The position numbers and the translations under genes are program-made. Positions 51,621 through 63,990 of a DNA stretch of 64,000 bases are shown here, piece by piece. The number at the start of each line of letters is the position of its first letter. Within the stretch, counting starts at the first letter, position 1. The notes under the pieces are model-generated. The model saw nothing but the letters and a program-made list of their open reading frames with translations, was not told where the DNA came from and searched no databases. This DNA comes from Stegostoma tigrinum (lineage: Eukaryota): NCBI RefSeq assembly GCF_030684315.1, contig NC_081358.1, forward strand, positions 121,433,031-121,497,030, given 5' to 3'.

Positions 51621-52984
51621 TTCTTCTTTTGTGCAGTGTGGATGTTGTTTTCTGTTTGGGTTGTTGTTTCTTGCCTATTGTCCTGATGAGAAACATCGAC
51701 AGAATGTGTCTTACTTCAGCAATACTCAGGTTCTAGACCACCAAAGGATCATTTGTCTTTGGAATTCTCTTTCACAGTGAGCAGTTGAGGCTGGGTCATT
51801 GAATACGAAGCTAGTTTTGAAATGTTTTTGATTGACAAGGGAATAAGGGATCATGAGGGTGCAGTTAGGAAAGTGAAGATAGTAAATCAGATTAGTCATG
51901 TACTTATTGAATAATGGCGCAGCCTAGATGGGCAGATTGGCCTACTTATGCCCCGCTTCCTTATGATTTTCTGGTTACTTCTCTGTTCATTCCCAATTGC
52001 CCTACAGTTTCCTTTCCTTCAAGTATGTATTTGATTCTCTTTAGAAAGTTACTATTCAGTCTGCTTCTGGCAATCTTTTCATAGTGCTTTCCCAACCATC
52101 ATAAACTAGTGCATCAAAAAAAAACTTCCCTTTAACCACACTGATGCTTTTGCCAGTTACTTTCAATTGATATTTTCTGGTTACGGGCATTCCAATGAGC
52201 AGCAACAGGTTATCCTTACTCCAAAATACTTCACAGTTTTGAACATCTCTACTAAGTGCCCTATTCACCTTCTGTGCTTCAAATTCAGTTTCTACAATAT
52301 AAAAATGAACAGATAATGCTGGTAATTCTCAGGTCTCGCAGTGTGTGTGCAGCGTAATGGAGCTGACATTTAAGTTGTTGACATTTTGTCAGAACCCAGC
52401 TACTTTATTCTTTCAAAGTAATTGATGCAATGTAATGAAGCAAAGGAAAAGGACTGTTAATTGTTGACCATAAGAGGAAATTCTCTCAGGCAATTGTTCC
52501 AGGACTGTGGTCATGCACGTTTATAACAGGCATGTTGAAACACAGAAAAATAAAAAGGCTGACTTTTGCCACAGGTGAGATGATCCTAATATTGGAATGA
52601 TTTGTGGCTTGGGAGCTTTGTGAATCTGTGGTTGTAACCTCTCTAGTGGAGGCTGTTTAACATGCTGCTTCCATAAGTTCTGGATGCTGTGTCCAGCACT
52701 GGGCTGGCTAGAACATCAGGAGGGCGAAAGAACTGAGGAGAAAGAATAGGAATATCCACACTACAAGAGGAGAGCACTGACCACTTGGCAGGAGACTCCA
52801 ATTGGTAGAGGCATTGCCATGGATAATAAACCAGTCAGCAACAACTGACAGTTAAATGCCAAGTCTTGTCAAATGTCAAACTAGACAGCTTGACTCTGGC
52901 TAAATAATTCCAAAAGAAATGCACCAGTGAATGGCTGTCACATTTTTTTATCTAGTTTAAACAGGAACAGTGCTTGAACATTGA

Positions 52985-53310
52985 GAAGGCAATGACCTAA
53001 TGGTATTATTGCTGGACTGTTAATCCAGAAGCCAGGTGCCAAGTTCAAATCCTGCCATAGCAGATGGTGGAACTTGCATTCAATAAAAATCTGTAATTAA
53101 GTGTTCAATGATGATTGTGAAACCATTGTCGATTGTCAGGAATCTGTTCTGGTTCATTAATGCAATTCAGGGAAGGAAAGCTGGCTTCCTTGCCTGGTCT
53201 GGCCCGCATGTGACTCCAGATACACAGCAAGGTGGTCAACCCTCAACTGCCCACTGGACAATTAGGAATGGGCAATAAATGCCAGCCTAGCTAGTGATGC
53301 CCTTATGCCA
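52985..53310 (+). mobile_element. tRNA-derived SINE
   Basis: Same family as 45145-45475. Confidence 0.8.
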
Positions 53311-53960
53311 GGGATCTAGGTGTCTTTGTGCATGAATCGCAGAAAGCTATCTTGCAGATTATCAGGGACGCAAATGGAATTTTGGCATATATTGCGAAGA
53401 GTAGAGTATAAAAGCAGGGAAATGTTGTTGCACCTGTACAAGGCATGCTTCAAACTGTACCTGCAGCAGTGCATAAGAGTTTTGGTCCCCTTACTTGAGG
53501 ACGGATGTAGTTGTATTGGAGGCAGCTTAAAGAAGTTTAATCAGATTGATTCCAGAGGTGAGGAGCTTACCTTATGAGCAGCTCAAGCCAATATTCTCTA
53601 CAGTTTAGAAGAACGAAAGGAGATCTAATTGAGGAATGTAAGATGCTAAAGGGGATTGGCAAGTGGATGATTCCCTGTATAGGGCAATTTAGAACAACAG
53701 GTATTAGTTTTAGGCGAAGGGGTAGCAGATTTAAACAAGAAGTGAGGAGAAATTACTTCTCTCGAAGGGTCACGAATCTGTGGAATTCACTCCTCCAAGT
53801 GCGGCGGATGGTGAGATTAAATTAGCAATGGTTTGAAGGGTTATGTTGAGAAGGCAGGAGACTAAAGTCGAAGGCAAGATGAAATCAACTATGATTGTAT
53901 TCAGTGGCGGAATGTGCTCAAAGGGCTGAATTGCTGACTGTTGCTCCTAGTTCTTACATT
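53310..53960 (+). mobile_element. CR1 3' fragment
   Basis: ORFs 53320..53577 and 53574..53825 (VEYKSREMLLHLYK; FRRTKGDLIE; RRVTNLWNSL). Confidence 0.85.
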
Positions 53961-54876
53961 CTAAAGTTAACATTACTTTATAAGACAACCCTTCTATTCC
54001 AGGAATCTGCCAAGTGAATTTTCTTTGAAATGCTTCCAATGCAATGATGTGGGATGTTGTACACTATAACTTCAATGTTTTCAGACAAAATCCAGGCATA
54101 CTCTTTGTAGTTAGAGTTTTATTTCAACCAACCACACACAATAAAATGCTCCATCCTTCTGGCTGACTCTTCTTTATATATACATTTTAATTCAATTAAC
54201 AAATTTACCCAGAACACCCCATTTGCCTCATTACCTTTAACTCCTAAATATTCAACATCCTACTAAAACAGTGAATAATAACATGGGATGGAGGAAGGGC
54301 AGGGGAGCAGTAGTGGGATGATTCTGTCAAAGAGCTGGTATAAGAATGATGAAATGAATTGCATCCTATAATGTTGCATGGTCCTAATCAGATTTATGAA
54401 GTTGAGAATAAATCACCATTTGGTGCAAATGAAATATTGATGCCATGTCATGCTGAAGTTGAGGTGCAGTCACCCAAAAACACCAACATGAGACCAGATC
54501 TAATGACACTGTTCTACAGCAAAGTCTGTAATGATTAACTCATCTGGCTAAAAGCAACTCTATTAGAAAAACAAACTTGGGGGTCAAAGCTACATGTGCT
54601 TTGAGCATGAAAAACAATATTATAAAACACCAAATATAAAAACCATGATGTAAAGCTAAACCATCAAAATCAGATCTGGCTTTAAGCTCTCAGTAAGGAT
54701 GCAAAAGATATTTCATAACCAACACACCTCTCACAAGCAGCTAAATACCAATATTTAAATTATGGTGCATTCTGCCAACTCTCTCATCCTGAATTTCAAT
54801 CAAGATACTCGCTTACTAGCTTTGATGGAGCATTTTGGACAGAGAGAGTCCCTTTGAATGGGTATATTTCAAACAG

Positions 54877-55034
54877 GGATAACAAGGTGTAGAGCTGGAT
54901 GAACACAGCAGGCCAAGCAGCATCAGAGGAGCTTTCCTGCTCCTCTGATGCTGCTTGGTCTGCTGTGTTCATCCAGCTCTACACCTTGTTATCTCAGATT
55001 CTCCAACATCCGAAGTTCCTACTATCTCTGATAC
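54877..55034. mobile_element. PLE family-1 fold-back with perfect 13-bp TSD
   Basis: ~55-bp near-perfect inverted arms; TSD ATATTTCAAACAG at 54864-54876 and 55035-55047. Confidence 0.88.
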
Positions 55035-55319
55035 ATATTTCAAACAGAAAAGGCTTGCTTGAATGACTGACCCAGTCCCAATTGTTGAAAACAGGTATTT
55101 ATCCAGGATCATTGGAGTTGGAGTCGCATTGCTTAACATTAACACAACATTTAACAGTGGACAGCTAAAAACAAGTGGGAAATCTTGGTTAGGTATTAAT
55201 GACCAGGTGGGCAAGAAGGAATAAGTTTAGAGAAGATGTGAAGAAAATATTTTTCACCCCAACAATGTGGGAATCTGGAACTCACTGTCTATAAGCATGG
55301 TAGGGTCAGAAACCCTCAG

Positions 55320-55601
55320 AGCACTAATGCAATATCCAGACATGCACTTGCGATGCCAAGGCATACAAGGCTTTGGGGTAACTATTGAAAAGTAGTATTA
55401 TTCGCTTACTAGCTTTGACGGAGCATTTTGGACAGAGAGAGTTCCTTTGAATGGGTATATTTCAAACAGGGATAACAAGGTGTAGAGCTGGATGAACACA
55501 GCAGGCCAAGCAGCATCATCGTAGCACTAATGCAGTATCCAGGTATGCACTTGTGATGCCAAGGCATACGAGGCCTTGGGGTAACTGTTGAATAGTAGTA
55601 T
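55320..55601 (+). repeat. 79-bp direct repeat bracketing a 117-bp copy of 54809-54925
   Basis: 55320-55398 matches 55523-55601 (8 mismatches); 55402-55518 matches 54809-54925 (2 mismatches). Confidence 0.9.
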
Positions 55602-56450
55602 AGGATAGTTAGATGCTTATTTTTGACTGGTGCAGACTCGATGGGCCTTTTCCTGAGCTCTATCACATTGTAAGGCTAGAAATTTGAGTGATAGACATGA
55701 TTATGCCTGTTAGGCTGTGGTTAGATTAGTCTGCTGGGACAAGGCACAGATTCCCATTTCCCATTCATCCTAACTTTAGGAGCCAAACTTTGCCCGAAGC
55801 TCCAGATACTAAAACTTTTCAAGAATTGATAGATTCAATGAAGGAATATTAAAACACCAAGTATCCTCTGATTATGAGACACGATTGGTTTTCCTCAGAA
55901 ATTCAAGAACCAGGGGAATATGTATTGGGATTTTTGATTAGATTAAGACTAGCAGATGCATATGACTTTGGTTTAAATCTTAACGAGATGTGGACAGACC
56001 AGTTGGTTTGTAGGATTAGTGTTGTAACCGTGCAAAAGCGCCTCCTGGTTGAAGCTCAACAGGCACTTTAACTGGCTTTATCATGGGAAAAGCAGCAGTG
56101 GAGCATACGAGTAGCACAGGATTCCACATTTATTGACTCATGGTTTCAAGTGAGCCTCCTCATACGGCATCAGGGTAGTATGTTGTCATAGCTGGCCCAA
56201 TGGAGAGGAACGTCCAATGGAATATCCATCCAAAACTTTGGCAAATGCAAAGCGTAAATATGCCCAGATAGAGAAGGAAGGTTTGGCGGTCATATTTCGG
56301 ATCAGAAAGTTCCACCGATACCTTTACGGATGTAAATTTGTAATAATAATGGATCAAAAACCACTGCCAGATTTTCTTAAAGAGGACAATGCAATGCCAT
56401 CCATTGGGTCGGACAAATTGTGGGCTCTAAGACTAAGCGCATATATTTAT

Positions 56451-56956
56451 AGAGATAACAAGGTGTAGAGCTGAATTAACGCAGCAGGCCACGCAGCATC
56501 AGAGGAGCAGAAAGGCTGACGTTTCGGGCCTAGACCTTTCATCAGAAATGGGGGAGGGGGAGGGGGTTCTGAAATAAATAGGGAGACAGAGGGAGGTGGA
56601 TAGAAGATGGATAGAGGAGAAGATAGGTGGAGAGGAGACAGACAGGTCAAAGTGGCAGGGATGGAGCCAGTAAAGGTGAGTGTAGGTGGGGAGTTTGGGA
56701 GGTCAGTCCATCCTCGCCTCTTTGACCTGTCTGCCTACTCTCCACCTATCTTCTCCTCCATCGATCTTCTATCCACCTCCCCCTCTCTCCCTATTTATTT
56801 CAGACACCCTTCTCCCACCTCCCCCATTTCTGAAGAAGGGTCTAGGCTCAAAACGTCAGCATTCCTGCTCCTCTGATGCGACTTGATCTGCTGTGTTCAT
56901 CCAGCTCTACACCTAGTTGTCTCAAATTCTCCAGCATCTGCAGTTCCTACTATCTC
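56451..56956. mobile_element. Long PLE family-1 fold-back inserted in Gypsy pol, with an HHR motif in each arm
   Basis: Arms ~56451-56700(-) and ~56710-56956(+); intact minus-strand HHR 56516-56545; plus-strand HHR 56830-56859 with GAAA>AAAA; degenerate TSD gcatatatttat / gcatttaattac. Confidence 0.85.
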
Positions 56957-57671
56957 TGCATTTAATTACAAGCTGGAACACTATCCGGGAGGCCAAGTCA
57001 CAAATGCAGGTGCATTGAGCCGCTTTTCACTGGCAGATACACGACCGGTCGTCGCAGCACTGAAAGAGTCCACAGTAGTTCGAAATTTTCTGGACATACT
57101 GTAGGTCACAGCGGACAATATCAGAAAGATCCAGTCCTGGCAAAACTCAAACAGCTGATGGTGATGAGGAGAAACCAAAGAGCCATCACAACCAGAACTT
57201 AAACCTTTTTGGTCCCAGAGAGGCCAGATCACAGTAGAGGATGGCATATTATTATGAGTAGCGAGGCAGATTGTCCTGAGCAAAGGGTACTGCCAGATAT
57301 TGGCTGAACTCCACCAGGATCACCCAAGGATGAAAACATTGCAGTTATTTCTGGTGGACAAGGTTGAATGCAGACGTAGCTACAATGGTGGGGTAGTGCT
57401 CAGAGTTACTACAAGGACAAAAATTACTGCCAGCAGCTCCCTTACATTTGTGGGAATGGCCGGATAAACCCTGGACTCAATTACATGTTGTCTACGCAGG
57501 TCCTTTCAGGGGCTCAACATTCTTAGTCACTGTGGATATCCACTCAAAGTGGTTGGATGCACAAAGAGTTCATTCATCAAACATGGGGATGACAACAGAA
57601 AAACTGCATGCAGCTTTTACAATGCATGGATCCCTGGGAGCTTTGGTCACAAATAACAGGCCATTGCCGAG

Positions 57672-59882
57672 CATAGAACATAGAACATAGAACATTACAG
57701 CACAGTACAGGCCCTTCGGCCCTCAATGTTGTGCCGACCTGTCACACCAATCTGAAGCCCACCTAACCTACACTATTCCATGTACGTCCATATGCCTGTC
57801 CAATGATGATTTATATGTACCTAAAGTTGGCGAATCTACTACTGTTGCAGGCAAAGCGTTCCATTCCCTTACTACTCTCTGAGTAAAGAAACTACCTCTG
57901 ACATCTGTCCTATATCTTTCACACCTCAATTTAAAGCTATGCCCCCTCGTGCTCGCCGTCACCATCCTAGGAAAAAGACTCTCCCTATCCACCCTATCTA
58001 ACCCTCTGATTATCTTCTATGTCTCAATTAAGTCACCTCTCAACCTTCTTCTCTCTAATGAACACAGCCTCAAGTCCCTCAGCATTTCCTCATAAGACCT
58101 TCCCTCCATACCAGCAAACATCCTAGTAAATCTCCTCTACACCCTTTCCAAAGCTTCCACATCCTTCTTATAATGCAGTGACCAGAACTGTACGCAATAC
58201 TCCAAGTGCGGCAGCACCAGAGTTTTGTACAGCTTCACCATAACCTCTTGGTTCCGGAACTCGATCTCTCTATTAATAAAAGCTAAAACACTGTATGCCT
58301 TCTTAACAGCCCTGTCAACCTGGGTGGCAACTTTCAAGGATCTGTGTACATGGACACCGAGATCTCTCTGCTCATCTACACTACCAAGAACCTTACCATT
58401 AGCCCAGTACTTTGCATTCCAGTTACTCCTACCAAAGTGCATCACCTCACACTTGTCTGCATTAAACTCCATTTGCCACCTCTCAGCCCAGCTCTGCAGC
58501 TTATCTATGTCTCTCTGCAACCTACAGCATCCTTCGTCACTATCCACAACTCCACCAACCTTAGAGTCGTCTGCAAATTTACTAACCCATTCTTCTACGC
58601 CCTCATCCAGGTCATTTATAAAAATGACAAACAGCAGTGGACCCAACACCGACCCTTGTGGTACACCACTAGTAACTGGACTCCAGGATGAACATTTCCC
58701 ATCAACTACCACCCTCTGTCTTCTTTCAGCAAGCCAATTTCCGATCCAAACTGCTATATCTCCCACAATTCCATTCCTCCACATTTTGTACAATAGCCTA
58801 CTGTGGGGAACCTTATCGAACGCCTTTCTGAAATCCATATACACCACGTCAACCGGTCTACTCTCATCTACCTGTTTGGTCACCTTCTCAAAGAACTCAA
58901 TAAGGTTTGAGAGGCACGACCTTCCCTTCACAAAACTGTGCTGACTATCCCTAATCAAATTATTCTTTTCTAGATGATTATAAATCCTACCTCTTATAAC
59001 CTTTTCCAACACTTTACCAACAACTGAGGTAAGGCTCACTGGTCTATAAATACCAGGGTTGTCTCTACTCCCCTTCTTGAACAGGGGAACCACATTTGCT
59101 ATCCTCCAGTCATCTGGCACTATTCCTGTAGACAATGACGAGTTAAAGATCAATGCCAAAGGCTCGGTAATCTCCTCCCTGGCTTCCCAGAGGATCCGAG
59201 GATAAATCCCATCCAGCCCAGGGGACTTATCTATCTTCACAATCTGTAGGATTTCTAATACCTCTTCCTTGTGAACCTCAATCCCACGTAGTTTAGTAGC
59301 CTGTATCTCAGTATTCTCCTCGACAACATTGTCATTTTCTAGAGTGAATACTGTCGAAAAATACTCATTTAGTGCTTCCCCTATCTCCTCTGACACCACA
59401 CACAACTTCCCACTACTATCCTTGATTGGGCCTAATCTTACTTTCATCATTCTTTTATTCCTTAAATACCTATAGAAATCCTTAGGGTTTAGCCTGATCC
59501 TATCCGCCAACAACTTCTCATGTCTCCTCCTGCCTCTTCTGAGCTCTCTCTTTAGGTCTTTCCTGGCTACCTCGTAGCCCTCAAGCGCCCTAACTGAGCC
59601 TTCACATCTCATCTTAACATAAGCCTTCTTCTTCCTCTTGACCAGAGATTCCACTTCCATCGTAAACCACGGCTCCCGCGCTCTACCGCTTCCTCCCTGC
59701 CTGACAGGTCCATACTTATCTAGGACACACAGGAGCTTTTCCTCGAATAAGCTCCACATTTCTAATGTGCCCATCCCCTGCAGTGTCCTTCCCCATCCTA
59801 TGCTCCCTAAATCTTGCCTAATCTCATTGTAATTGCCTTTCCCCCAGCTATAACTCTTGCCCAGTGATATACACCTATCCCT
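57672..59882 (-). mobile_element. Young 5'-truncated CR1 LINE (~2.2 kb) inserted in Gypsy integrase
   Basis: (TTCTATG)3 tail at 57672-57693; long RT ORF; Gypsy integrase continues on both sides. Confidence 0.93.
58137..59774 (-). pseudogene. CR1 ORF2 reverse transcriptase, 545-aa open segment; stop and frameshift before the C-terminus, no endonuclease
   Basis: KSPGLDG, YRPVSLTS, DFRKAFDKV, GVPQGSVLGP, FADD, KCEVMHFG, HLEYCVQFW. Confidence 0.92.
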
Positions 59883-60690
59883 ACACTAAGGAAGTTGAGT
59901 GGTATTTTTCTTCTCAGGACAGCTCCACATCATCCTTTATCCATTGGTCTGACAGAAAGAACAGTCCAAACTTTGAAGGCAGGATTAAAGAAACAATCTA
60001 TAGCTTCACGAGATAACAAACTATCCCAGCTCCTATTTGATACAGGACCATCCCTCACATAACTACAGGGATAGTTCCAGCAGAAATTCTAATGGGGAAA
60101 AGACTCTGCACTAAGTTAAATCTGAACTTCCTGGGCCTGGGGGGAGGGTGAAACAGCATTAGGAACAACAATGCCAGCCACATACTCCTTTAAGTGAGAG
60201 AGACAGTTTACTTCAGGAGACAAAGTTTGGTGCAGGAACCACAGGAACGACCCTGCATAGGTTAAGAGGCATGGTCGACACGAGGTCAGATCCAGTGACA
60301 TATAAAGTTTAAGTAGATGTGACAGTCCTGAGCAAGCATGTGGACTATATGAAAGTTGCAAACTTGCAAGCAGTTTGGGAGCAAAACGTGCCCATTCCTT
60401 GGCTGCCTTTCTAACTGTTCCGAACCATGAGTTCACCGTCTCCATCAATCATTGAAGAGACCTGAAAATCCGATGTACATGGCGGATGTCACCACCTCAA
60501 CATCTTTGCTGCCTGAAGAGGACAATACATTTCTTCTGAGCTCATGGGCACAAGAGGCAAGCTACTGTGCATTACACATTGCCTGTGTCAGAGACAGAGT
60601 TGGAGGAACCTGGCCCTGTGCTAAAACATCCCAGGAGGCACTACACCAAAAAGAATCGGCCCATGAATTCAGACTCAGAGTGGGAGGGAA

Positions 60691-60924
60691 GTAGCGATTG
60701 TGACAAGGTCAGCCAGGTGGACATCATGGACTATGCGTTCACCAATTGGGACTATAAAGCTGGTCCAATCAGGGACCCCTGGCTTAAAGACATAAACAGG
60801 AGTGTCAGAAATTCTATTCACTCTGAAAGCTGCATCTGAGGAAACTGGATCAGTGTCAAAGAACCCCACGTGTAAATAAACGATGACATCATAATGGGAT
60901 ACTGGCCTCCATTGAGTTACTTCA
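60691..60924 (+). repeat. Putative 3' LTR of the Gypsy element
   Basis: Preceded by a purine tract (gagtgggagggaa); contains AATAAA at 60875-60880; ends in CA; no 5' partner in the window. Confidence 0.5.
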
Positions 60925-61100
60925 GCAGGACCAAAACAGCACTGGAAGCAAAGCACGCAAAAGGAGCCCTCAAACAATAAAGAATTTTGCTTGTGGGACA
61001 AGGAGCAGTTTATTCCACACACATCTTGTACCCAAGTAGAGTACTCAACATAGGAAAGTGCCCCAAGGTGCTACACCCTCACCAGAAATATCTCAATCAT

Positions 61101-61359
61101 AGATAATGGGAACTGCAGATGCTGGAGATTCCAAGATAATAAAATGTGAGGCTGGATGAACACAGCAGGCCAAGCAGCATCTCAGGAGCACAAAAGCTGA
61201 CGTTTCGGGCCTAGACCCTTCATCAGAGAGGGGGATGGGGGGAGGGAACTGGAATAAATAGGGAGAGAGGGGGAGGCGGACCGAAGATGGAGAGTAAAGA
61301 AGATAGGTGGAGAGGGTGTAGGTGGGGAGGTAGGGAGGGGATAGGTCAGTCCAGGGAAG
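61101..61359 (-). mobile_element. Young PLE family-1 3' end with intact HHR (61197-61228)
   Basis: Near-identical to 39639-39898. Confidence 0.87.
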
Positions 61360-61879
61360 TTGGCTGCCACGGTTCAAACTTGCATGCTGGCAAGAGTGTC
61401 TGAGAGCATTGTGAAGATGAATGACATCATTATTGATTATCAGTATTAATTGAGATGACAATGAAACACTCATTCTTGGCAATACAAAATATCATGGTTG
61501 GGTCAGATAACGGATTCAACTTTTTTGAAGGCTCTTCCCTTAACAGTCACACAGCAAATTTTTTTTAAAACTCTCAGACTGGAACTTTTCGTTAATACGG
61601 TAAATGTATGTAGGATTTTTAGAAGACTAATTAATTTGGAAACTTATTTTGTTCAGGAATATGAAAGAAAGATGACAATGCAAATAATGAAAGAGAAGTT
61701 GACTCTTCTTTGTATAATGCTTGGCTCAAAAGAATAATTTAGCTTGAAACCAGCTGAGAGCAGAAACTTGGAGGGAAAAAAGATAAAAAAGACAACAATG
61801 TCAAATGTGAAACAGAGTAGCTTGCCAAAATAAAAACAGATTGGGAAATGTTTATAAGTCATACATATCAAGCTTCAAA

Positions 61880-62550
61880 CTTGGCTTCGTGTTTCCATTC
61901 TCACCTCGGAGTCACAAGGTTATGAATTGAAGGCCCACCCTAGAAAAACTCAGCAATAGTCAGACTAGCACGTCATTCTGCACTATGAAAGTAATGCCGC
62001 ACTGGGCAGCACTATCTTTTGGATGAAATGTTAATCAAAGCATTCATGTCAATAGGCGAGTTTGTCTGGGTCCTGGCTAAGATTTATCTAAAAAAAAAAA
62101 TCACTCATATTACAGGCTAATTCACAGATCAATCATGATCTCACTGAATGGTAGAGTGGCTTGAGGGCCTAAATGAACAATTCCTACCCTTATGTTTTTA
62201 TTCTGTGGAAACTAATTATTACATAGGTGAGGTGGAATGGCAATGCTAAATTCCTCATAGTGTTCAGGGATGTGGAGGCTAGGTGGGTTAGCCATGGGAA
62301 ATCAAGGGCAGAGTAAGGGGGTGGGTCTGGGTGGAATGCTGTTTGGAGGGTCAGTCAGGACTTACTGGGCCAAATGACCTGTTTCCACACTATAGGGATT
62401 CTATGGGTGCCTGTGGGATCCTTGCTGTATGCAAATTATCTGCATTGAGTCGACTTCAAAAGGAAGGATTGATTGTAGAGCACTTTGAGATGTGTAATGT
62501 CATGCAAGCTGCTCATTAAATGAAAGGTAATGCAAAGTTGTTTTTCTACA
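61880..62550 (+). mobile_element. Deu-domain SINE interrupted by a CR1 tail (~62125-62200) and an HE1-like SINE 3' half (~62225-62405)
   Basis: atctttt.ggatgaaatgttaa...gtcctggctaagatttat and gtgggatccttgctgtatgcaaatt; gctaaatt...ggcc.aaatgacctgtttccacactatagggattct. Confidence 0.55.
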
Positions 62551-63739
62551 TCTGCCATGTGCAGCATAACTGTCGCTTGGAAAAGATCATGCCCACGGTG
62601 GCCAATACAATAAAGAATCAAATTACTTTCTGTTAGAAGAGCCAATCTTAACAGAGAAACAAAATTGAAAGGCAGGATCGGGTTAAACCTCCACCTAATT
62701 TCAATAATTTAAAACAGATTCTCAGTTAGACAATCAAACCTCTTCTGATTATGAAACTAGCCATTCTCGTGCTTTCACGCAAAAGAATTGCAAATACAAT
62801 ACAAAATTGGGGAGCCAGATTTCCCACATGAACAGAGTGCAGATCGTTTAAACTCTTTCAGAGAATCCTTAACAGGTAAAACAATTTGAAGGTTTCAATC
62901 CCATTATTTAAATTTTTGGGTGAATTTGCCTTGCTAAATTTTCTCTGGAGAATGAAGCCCAATTGCTGCAGCAACCATGTCTTATGCCTTTAAATTGAAC
63001 CTTTTGGAAGATGTTAATACCAAATAATATCAGTCATTCTTGTGCTCTTATTCTGTAGTCCTCGTTACCTTAGAAAATATTTCTTAGAAACTATAAACCA
63101 AAAAAAAGCACTCTGCACTCAACTTCCCAGATATCCACATATACTCTGATTGTGCCTCAATCAGGATATGCTTGCTGCCAACTGTTCGTGTGTGAAGACA
63201 GTGTGCTTTCAACAGTCCCTTTCTTAAATTAGTCTGGATGACTCATACTAGTTAAAATTCAATAGCAACAGTAACTACTAAAGCCTTATTCAGGCTTCAG
63301 GTGATTGACAGTTAGCTGCCATTCTGTAAGCTCCGTTACTGGCACTGGGAGTGAGTGCGGCTTTACTTATAAGATTAGGTTGGCACAGGAGGTGGTGAGG
63401 CACAGAACTTGAAGCAGTGACATTGTGCTGGTGAAGCAGCAGTTGCAACAGTGGCATTGTTGGGTCCAATGCAGGCAGTGGTGGTGAGCCAGGCTCAAGA
63501 CTCATGGTGGCAGCGGCAAGGATGATCTGGATATTTTCTTTTCCTTTTGTTTCTGTCTCTTTAATTTTGGGTTTTGTTTTTAATTTTAACTATTGTATTC
63601 TAAGATGGCGCGGGAGGTTTGTAACTCTGTACACCTTTCACTATACTCCAGTACTCTTGTAGTCAAGTACGTGTGACAACCCAATCAACTCTAATCTAAA
63701 TTGGCTCATGCTGCAAGAACTAGGAGATACCGATTTCGG

Positions 63740-63990
63740 ATTTGGGGCAAAAGCCAGACGAGGATGAGAGAAAGAACTTTTTTTTAAAACAAGTGGGTGT
63801 AACGACCTGGTAGTCTCTGTCCACAGGATAGTAAAATGCAGAAACAACCAATGATTTCAAAAGGAAATTTGGTATATGGTTGAAAGAAATAGATCTGCGG
63901 GTTACGGTCCCAAACTGGACACTGGGACTGATTCAACAGCCCCATGGGGAGCTGGCATGGGTCTGATGAATTGATGTCCTACTTCAGTAC
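63740..63990 (+). mobile_element. Old CR1 3' fragment
   Basis: ggatgagagaaagaactttttt...ttcaaaaggaaatttgg. Confidence 0.55.

Larger units (their letters stand above)
55770..60924 (+). mobile_element. Decayed Gypsy/Ty3 LTR retrotransposon (gag, RNase H, integrase, putative 3' LTR), internally deleted, with nested PLE and CR1
   Basis: gag QEPGE...LNEMWTDQLVC...QKRLL (55874..56071); RNase H YAQIEKEGLAVIF...WALRLSAY (56217..56468); integrase WEWPDKPWTQLHVVYAGPF...VDIHSKW (57448..57690), resuming at 59883 (TAPHHP...ERTVQTLK). Confidence 0.85.

Noticed and set aside
58225-58944. 239-aa plus-strand ORF
   Set aside because: Antisense shadow of the CR1 RT ORF
9319-61359. Recurrent near-identical ~100-bp sequences as a CRISPR-like or regulatory array
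   Set aside because: Dispersed, variably truncated, TSD-flanked and contiguous with a GIY-YIG ORF, so these are retroelement termini
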